The notes below the pieces were generated by a model, which did no database searches, was not told the DNA's origin, and saw nothing but the letters and a program-made list of their open reading frames with translations. DNA of 64,000 nucleotides from positions 27,094,001 through 27,158,000 of the forward strand of contig NC_043016.1 in assembly GCF_006345805.1 (NCBI RefSeq), written 5' to 3'. The translations under genes and the position numbers were made by a program. Shown one piece after another: positions 51,925 to 61,900 of this stretch; positions within the stretch are counted from its first letter, which is position 1; every line of letters starts with the position of its first letter. The DNA comes from Octopus sinensis (Eukaryota).

Positions 51925-54900
51925 TGTATGTATGTGTGTGTATGTTTGTGTGTTTCTGTTTGTCCCCCCAACATCGCTTGACAACCGATACTGGTGTGGT
52001 TTACGTCCCCGTAACTTAGCAGTTCGGCAAAAGAGACTGATAGAATAAGTACTAGGCTTACAAAGAATAAGTCCTGGGGTCAATTTGCTCGACTAAAGGC
52101 AGTGCTCCTGCATGGCCACAGTCAAATGACTGAAACAAGTAAAAGAGTAAATCCTTCTACCAAAATTTCATGTTATGCTCAAGCACTAGATTATGAATAA
52201 TAAAGTTATTTGATTAAATTCTTCATTATTTTCAAAATTAATTAAAACAAGGGCAGTTATGAAATAGGGCAACAATAGAGTTAAAGTGATCTAGATTAGA
52301 ACCTTCCATCAAAATGACAGTTACGTTACTAAATTCATTATTTTGAAAATTACTGAAACAAAGATTGTATTTCAAGATAAAATGATAACAAAAGGAATAA
52401 AGTGTTACTTAAGTCTCCCATCCATTAAAACTTTGTCTGTTTTATTTTTTGTGGACATGAAAGAATTTTCATTGGTACCTATTAGAAATGGTCATTACTG
52501 CATTGTTTAGTAAATTGTCGAAAGTATATTGTCAATAACGACAAATCTGTTCTGAGTAACCAAATCTTATCAACAGGTATTCCAGCGGTGTCTTTTTGGT
52601 TTTTTAAAAAATTTTTATATAGTGAATCTAGGATCCCATTATACAAAGTGTTCTTTTATTTAAGACAATAGGAGTGATTGGGGAAGATTTAGCTGCTCTA
52701 GCAAGTCAATCAACTGTGAAGAGCCCCTCCCCACACACCATTAGTTAAATCATAGGTGTGATGAATTAAATCAAATTTTTTTTTTGTCCCCATTTTTTCT
52801 CTCTCACAATCTCATAGTAAACTTGTTAGGAAGATGATTGACTCTTGAGTTCAGGACAGTCCATTTTACAACAATTAGGGGGTTCAGTATTGTTAGCCTT
52901 TGGGTCCCTTGTCCATTTCATGATGATCACATAACTTCTATGAATAAAGTAAAACTCTACATGATACTTATAGATATGTAATTGGGTTAGATCTAAAAAA
53001 ATTATATCTTGATTACAGCCCAATACCATTGACAAGCTATTAACCACTGATCCTTCAGTTTGTAATCTAACACTCTTTTGACTTGCCCAAGTAATTATTG
53101 AACATAAAAGTTAGTTGTTAATTTTCCCCCTTGTATTTTTACCAAAATAAACATACTTATTCATGTCACAAATTTTTTTTTTTCCACTAAGATTTCCCTT
53201 AACCCTTTAGCATTTAAACCAGCCATATTTGGCCAAAATAATATACTTATCTTATCTTCACACCAGCCAGATCTGCTATATTACTCTAAAAAATAAACAA
53301 TCATGTCATTGAAATCTCAAGCGTACAAGATAATGTATGATTAATTAAAATCAATATGAATAAATCATCGTTACATTTGACAGGGAAATCTGAATGCTAA
53401 AGGGTTAAATGCTGTTTCGAAAGCATTATTGAAAAATTGCCAAAAATGCTACTTAAATTAAACAGCTAATAGCTAATTTGCATGCTTGTAACAAAAGTTG
53501 TTGAAGTGTAACAGAAAGCTTTGTTCTGCAGCTATCTACAAATGTACTCCTCTCTACTTCCCTCTTTTGCTTTGATTATTTCATTTAAACTCAATGAAGT
53601 TATGATCATTTTTATAATAATAATAATTATAATCCAAAAAGTTTAAAGAAAACAGCAAATTATTCCAATCAAAGAGTGATTTTTTTAAAAAATTTCATTT
53701 TCTTTTTAAAGAAAAATTTATACAAAAACAATTATTGATTGCTGTTTTCTCACATTTTTTAAAAGTAGTTTTAGTTTTAAAAATTATATGACAAGCTTCC
53801 ATGTTTTCCAAGAAGAAACCTTTCCTATCATAAGAAATTTATAAAACTTAATTTTGTCAACCTTATTCTTGACAAAATTCACACACACTACTGAGCATTA
53901 TAATATAGATGTGTACATTTATTTTTAAAGCTATCCTGCATGCTAGAACAGGAAAGGCATTCACTATGAGGTTTTTTTTTCTTGGTGTAAAACTTCTCTC
54001 TATGGACAGGCTACAAGTGAAGCAAGCATGGTTGATGTTTTAACACATGAAATCTACAGAGGGAATTTTTTCTCTCTCACAATCTCATAGTAAATTCCAT
54101 TTTTGTTCTAGTGTGCATGAATATGTTAGTAATAAATGTATAAAACTTTATATATATATAATCTCCACAGAGGTTGTTGGTTGGTCTTTTCATTTGAGAC
54201 ATGTAATCATTTTATTATTTAACATTATTGTTATCATTTCCAGAATGTTGACTGTGTAAATGACTTGACTTCATTTCAAATGTTATTTTGAAATATTTAC
54301 TGTTACTTAAAGAAGGAAAAAAAGAAGGAAAACAAGACATTTTAGCAAATTTTACTCCCATTTTTTAATTTTTAACTTTTTGTGTGTGTAAATGTCATTC
54401 TGAAAGGTATTTTTGAAATAGTGAATTGATTCCAAAAATGGATTACAACCTTAATTCAAAAATTTTCCCTGATATGATCTTCATTATTGGTTGTTACATT
54501 AGCACCATTCTGAACAATTATATTTTCTTTATTGGTTCCTGTTAGTCTTTTTCCTATTTTAGATATTGCTAGAGTCAGTAATTTACATGTGATTGCTATT
54601 TTTCTTGTAAATATATTTTTACATCTTAAATATTTATTGAAAATTAAAAATGATTATTATAATAATTGATTATAAATGTTTGTTATATTTTATTAGATCT
54701 GATGTGAAGTCTTCACCTGGTCAGATTAGAACACCTGAAAAGTGTGAAGCTGGTCCTACAGAAATATCTGGAGAGATGACATCATCTGTGAAATTGGCTG
54801 AAAATAAGGAAAATCGTTGGTCTAAAGACAGTTTAGAGCATAGCCAACACTTGAAGGACGGAGTCCATTCACGAAGCAATTCCCAAGACAGTGGGGATCG

Positions 54901-55925
54901 GTCTCTTTCAGGTAAACATATGATTCTATCTTAGTCTTCTAATTTGGTGTCACCATTAATAACAATCATCATTTCAATTTCCATGCTAATTGTATGGATC
55001 CAATAGAATTTTTTGAGGCAGATTTCCTAGATACTCTTTCTGTCATAAACCCTCACCTGTTTTTAAGCAAGATAATGTTTCTCCAGAGATGGACATGTTT
55101 CCATGGAAGATTGGTAATAAAGGACATTGCTTGTATGGCTGAGATATTAATTTACAACTGTCACATTATGACACAACAAGGAGAGGGTGCATTCTTATGC
55201 ACTTGCATGCGCAAACAATTTCTTTGATTTTTCTCTACCAAATTCTCTCACAAGACTTTTTACCCAGTGTTAAGTTGTACTTGCTTATAAAACGAAACTA
55301 AATGTCTTTATCCGGGATACAATGCTGTATAGGTAACTGCTGGGTTATGAACCCTTGGCATTTTAGAAAAGCATGAGGATCTACTAATAAAGTTAGCAGT
55401 TACAGCTTTCACATATAGATTAATTTGCCCTGTTGACTTGATTATAAATATAGTGTAATTGTAACAATTATAAACATTTGCTTTGAATTTTATATGTGCA
55501 GAAATTGTCTAAATGATGATAATTCTCTTGTATAATTGCAGGTAGCAAAGAAAAATCAAATGCCTCCAATACTACAAACCAAAGATCTCATATGCCGGTA
55601 TTTCCATTTTTAATATTATCTAGGAGAATATTTTAATGCAGTTATACTTCACCGTGTGTGTGTGTGTGTGTGTGTGCATTTATGTATATGTGTATACGTA
55701 TATCTGCAATATAATTGAGTGCATGGTGTGTCCTCAACAAAACGGATTTTGATTCTTGAAATCTGTGTTCCAAACAGGTTTTCTGTAAATATTAATAAAA
55801 AAATATATTTGATACTAGAAATAACAACTTTTAGATTATTAAATCTCCTTCTCTCTATCTGTCATATCCATCTATCTGTTTCTCTGTCTTATACACCCCC
55901 CCCCTCTCTCTCTCTCCTCTCTCTC

Positions 55926-55957
<32 letters not shown>

Positions 55958-58900
55958 TATTATATATATATATATTATATACACACACACACACACTGTT
56001 GTGTTGGGGAGAGTAATTTTCTTTTTGGGCCTTATAATTTAATACACTCACCGGTAAAATTTCCACTTGACTCTCAAGAGAGAGTCAAGACTATTGAAAA
56101 GGTTGCAAGATGCAACGAAAATTTTAGGAAAATAAAAATAATAAGTGGAATTTTACCGGTGAGTGTGTTAAATTATAAGGCACAAAAAGAAAATTACTCT
56201 CCCAGAGACAACAGAATATGCTTCAACACACGAACTCATATAAAGAATCTTGCAAACCAAATCCCAAAACGAAATATATATATATATATATAATATACAT
56301 ACACATTTGGAAATATGCTGTGCGTGAGAAGACCAGGCAGGACAAGTGAGTCCAGCCCACTTATGCATGCCTTTCCTCCCTTGGACACACAAAGACCTGT
56401 TGAGGCAAGCGAAGTCAATATCGAACCTCATCCGACGACAGGCACCCATGCGAAGACCTGTTGGGGCAAGTGAAATCGAAATCGGAATCGAAATTGAACC
56501 AATCCTATGACTGGCACCCGGCAGATGCCAGGACCCCTGGACTGGTGGTACGTAAAAAGCACTATCCGAATCGTGGCCGATGCCAGTGCCGCCTCGACTG
56601 GCTTCCGTGCCGGTGGCACGTAAAATGCACCAATCCGACCATGGCTGTTGCCAGCCTCGCCTGGCACCTGTGCAGGTGGCATGTAAAAAGCACCCACTAC
56701 TCTCACGGAGTGGTTGGCGTTAGGAAGGGCATCCAGCTGTAGAAACATTGCCAGATAAGACTGGAGCCTGGTGCAGCCTCCTGGCTTCCCAGATCCCCGG
56801 TCGAACCGTCCAACCCATGCTAGCATGGAGAACGGACGTTAAACGATGATGATGATACATACACACACCACACACTCTGTCACTGTTACTCTGTATATGT
56901 ATCTCTTGCATATGCTAATCTACATTATCTCTCTTCATATGTCATGTAATTGCTTTTATTTTGTTTAACACTTTCTTGTTGTAATGTTTGCTTTCATTTG
57001 GTGATAAAGAGCTATCACACTCAAAATGCTAGCTTCCAAATCTTATTTTCTGATCGGGCTAAAATATTGAACTTTAAACATCTGTAACATTTTTCTAAAA
57101 AAATTTTGGAATAAATAGATCACAACATCAGATCCAGCATGAAAAATGACATCACTATACCAAATTTGAAAATTTCTAATTAATTTCAAAATTTCAAAAT
57201 CTTTGACTGCAACAGAAAAGATCTCTATGTGTCTCTCTCCATAAGTGATAGGCACTTGAACTTCGTAGGATGTTGCTGGTGAGGTAAAATAGAGTTGGCA
57301 ATTGATTTACTGCTATGAATGTCAAACCATAGCTGTACTTGAGCAGGTTGTCCGAACACAACATACGTAGATCAGCTCACCAGAGGATACTGGATGCCTC
57401 CCTGAAGCCCTCCCTCAACTAATGATGACATTGGCTTAAAAATGTTGGAGCAAGCTCAACCTGATGATGGTATATCTGCGTACGCGCATGTGTGTGAGGG
57501 GAGTTGTCTACTCCTTATGCAGAGTCTGACCACCTCCTCTACCTACACCTTAGAACCATCATGGCATCTGATGTGGCTTTTTAAACCAGACAGTGTTTTG
57601 AAAAGACACCCATATAGACTGCATATCCAATTTGCATATCCACCAAGAGCTGCAGATAAGTTCTGATATATATACAACTTAAAATGTCTTTTGAGGCCTC
57701 CATTAGATTTGCAAAACCTTCTGGCATACATTGCATACATTGAAAGGTGTGCACAAATATATAGGCAGAATAGTTGGTGGAGGTTCATTTTCCATAGGTT
57801 TGCAAATGTGATTTGAGCCCAGCAAAAGAAAGGCATGGTCTGTTACAAACTGTACACACAAGAAGGTCATTGTGATTCACTTTCTCAATTGTAACATTCT
57901 TCCTTAAATCTCTCTCTTAAGTCTTGCATGTGTTATCCTGACCTCTTCAAATGCTTTCACTCCACTCCACATTTTTGTTTGCCATCCAGCTCGATCCAAA
58001 GCAAGGGTTTCTATGTCCTCTGGATCCATTCCAAGTGACTTCATAGTCCTTATACCATCCTTAAACTTTCTGTGTGTGTATTGTGATGATTTTTGACTAA
58101 CTTGTCTGAAATAAATTTCTTCCAAATTGAACTTAATTTAAATAGAGAAATCACAAATTGTAATATCTATGTGTTACCTAAATCTATAATTATGTTGAAA
58201 TGCTTTGTTTCAGTTATTAATTTTTCTAAAAGATTTTTTTGTTAAATGTATACAATTTTAGTCAAAATTTCTAATTTCTCTGTTTTTAATCCAGATAAGC
58301 AAACTTGTACAACATTTTGAAAGTAATTGCAAAGAAGATACATCTGCAATTAGCAGCAGTGGTGGAAGCTATTCTAGCCCATCTGAGAAAGATAAATTAT
58401 CAAGTCACAGTCTTTCAGCCAGTTCCAACTCCCCAGTATCGGTAAAGTCGGCAGCTGTCAGTAACAGCAACAGTATGCAAGCTATAGAAAAGCAACATCC
58501 GTATGTCAGCAGCACTATGAGTGATTATGTGTCGCCAGGTACACCACAGTCAGGAAATATATCACTGGAACTAATGAAGCAGAACCAAAATACTAAATAT
58601 TTATTACGACAACAACGGAAGAACAGCGCTCCAGAGCGTATAATCAGCAGTGCCACCAATTTTGGTCAGGGTATAGATGTTTGCTTCACAAATAGTTCAT
58701 CTCATGGTTACAAATCTTCAGAAAATTTCATGCAGCTGTCTTGCCAAGGTCAGTTAAAATAGTTTCTATAGCTTTGTTGGAAATCAGTTTCAGCTTTAAA
58801 TGTTAAATCGTTTTATAGGTATGGATGTGCGGTTAAAAAGTTCACTTTGTGTCCATGTTGTGAGTTCAGTCCCACTGGTCTAATGTTTTCTGCTTCAGGC

Positions 58901-61900
58901 CTATTAATGCCTTATGAGTGAATTTGGTAGGTGGAAGCTGTCGAAGTTATGCATGTGCTTGTGTATTGTGTATCTGTCCACCCACCGTTGATTGCATAGC
59001 AATCAGTGTCGGTATGTTTATGTCCTAACAACTTAATGGTTTGGCAAAAGAGAGTGAAAGATTAAGTACCAAACTTAAAAAATATGTACTGGCATTGATT
59101 GTTCAGCTAAAACTGTCCATGCTCCAGCTTGGCCACAGTTTAACAATTGAAACAAATGAAAGATAAGAGATTGTTCAGTTGATGTACCTGACACCTCCTC
59201 TGTCATATCTTCATATTTTGGCAGTTTAAAGAAAATATTGATTTTTAACTTTATAAACACAAACATGGCTGTGTGGTGAAGAAGTTTACTTCCCAATGAC
59301 ATGATTTCAGGTTCATTCACATTGTGTAACATCTTGGAAATAACTCTGCAATAACCCTAGGCTGAGCCAAGCCTTGTAAGTGGATTTGGTTGACAAAAAC
59401 TATATAGAATTCTGTTGTATGCACACACATGTTTGCATCATTATTTAGGTTTGTGTTAGCTCTGATCAGGAAGGATCTTGATCAAAAGTATTCCAGCCAT
59501 AATCAGTCTTTGGTATGGCTATATAGGACTACATCATTGAATGTGTCCTTCATTTATTGATAAATTGAAGAGAGATTTGGTTGCTATTGTCTGAAAAACC
59601 AAAATGTGTGTGTCATCATCATATCATCATCGTTTAACATCCATTTTCCATGCTAGCATGGGTTGGACGGTTTGACCGGGATCTGGAAAGCCAGGAGGCT
59701 GCACCAGGCTCCAGTCTGACCTTGCAGTGTTTCTACAGCTGGATGTCCTTCCTAACGCCAACCTCTCCGTGAATGTAGTGGGTGCTTTTTATGTGCCAGG
59801 GGAGGCTGGCAATGGCCACGATTGATTTGTGCTTTTTACACGTGCCACCGGCATGGAAGCCAGTCGAGACGGCGCTGGCATCGGCCACATTTGGATGGTG
59901 CTTTTTACGTGTGTGTGTGTATATATATATATAAAATCATCATTTAACATCTCTCTTTCCAAGTTCACATGGGTTGGATGATGTGATAAGAACTAACAAG
60001 CCTGAGTGCTGCACTGAGCTCCAGTGTTTGCTTTGGCATGGTTTCTGTATCTGGATGCCCTTCCTAATGTTAACCGCTTCATAGTGTACAAGGTCCTTTT
60101 TTTTTTTTTTTTCATGGCATCAGCATTGCTGAGGTTACTAAGTACCAGCAAGACAAGACTCCTCAACTAAATCAAGGATAGCATTGAGTGATATGAAAGT
60201 ATGGTAGAAGGACAAGAGCAAACATCTTGCTGAAAAATGAAACTTCCCCTTCTGGAAGGAGAGTGAGAGATGTGTGATAAAAAAACATTAGGTGAATGAG
60301 AGTGAGAATAGGTTTGAGGAACAGAAAAGGTGGTTGTGTGTATGTATTTATATTTGTTCATAGATTCATGTTCTAAAACATCAATCTTTCACTTTCAGAA
60401 GAGATGTTATCTGGCATTGGTAGTACTTCTCGAAAGAAAATGGAGCATCTAATTAGTAATAGCAAGGGCCGGCCAGAAGGTCTTTATAAACGGGGTCAGT
60501 TTGACACTTCACCTGCTAGTAGCAGTTGTAGTAGCAGTCCAAGGTCATCTAGCAAGTAAGTTGCCACAAAATTTTTTTCTATTTTTTCCTACTATATTCT
60601 TACATTGTCTACTGCAATTAACTTCGAAAATTAACTTCGAAAATTATCGAGAATGTTGAGAGACTTTGTAAAATAACCAGCTTTCTTAACTAATGTAATA
60701 AACAGCGTTTTGGAACATAGCAGAAAAGTTTTTATGTAAATTCTGTTGTGTCTAGGGAGAGTCTTTTTCTTTTTGTGCCTTATAATGTAACACACTCACC
60801 AGTAAAATTTCCACTTATTATTTTCCTAAAATTTTCATTGTGTCTTGTAACTTTTTCAATAGTCTTTTCAACCTTTTCAATAGTCAAGACTATTGAAAAG
60901 GTTGCAAGATGCAACGAAAATTTTAGGAAAATAAAAATAAGAAATAAGTGGAAATTTTACCGGTGAGTGTGTTACATTATAAGGCACAAAAAGAAAATGA
61001 CTCTCCCCAGACACAACAGAATATGCTTCAACATACGAACTCATATAATCTTTCAAACCAAATTTAAAAACGAATTTTTATGTAAAATTAAAATAAAAGG
61101 TTTTGATTTAAGTGTTGAGTACCCACTGACAGCTATGTGTACATAGATTTATATGCACCCACTCACAGATATGCATGCACAGACATATATATATACACAC
61201 CCACTCACAAATATACAGGAACATATACACAAGAAAAATTCAAGACAGTAAAAAAAAAAGGAAAAAGTCTAATATATTTTTCTCTTCAATTTTCCAAAAG
61301 AAATTTATCAGGAAGATCTTCAGAAGAATCTTTGAGCTCCAAGAACCGTGTTGGTAATGTTGGAATTCCTGCTGTTCCCCACACCAGTTCCTCAATGCAT
61401 GCTGCTATTTCTAATAGTGCAGTGACCAGGACTCCTCACCATTCTAACACAAAGCATGCAGTAAACACCAGTAATTTGCAAGAAGATTTATTACGACTCT
61501 TCAATAATATTAGCACCACCAATCCACCTGAAGATTTAGATAAGTCTCCTGTGAGTAGAATTGTCTTTAAAATAAATATATCTGTCATGATTATGGAATT
61601 ATTAAATATTAATACAGAGATCTTTGAAAAATATACCAAGTGTTGTATGTGTTTTTGTTGTTATTGTTGCTACTTACCACACAGCCACTCCTATGCCTAT
61701 GTGTAGAATAAGAAGTTGAAAAGAACTATCTATTTCATTTTTATATAAAAATTATATAAACTACAAGTTAGTAAACATAACTTGTATTTTATATAATATA
61801 TATCATGTACCTAAATTTTTAAAAAATATAAAATGAAAAGCAGGTGATTAAAAATAGTTCATTAATTACTAATTATGTTATCAAAATTATCTTAATTTGT

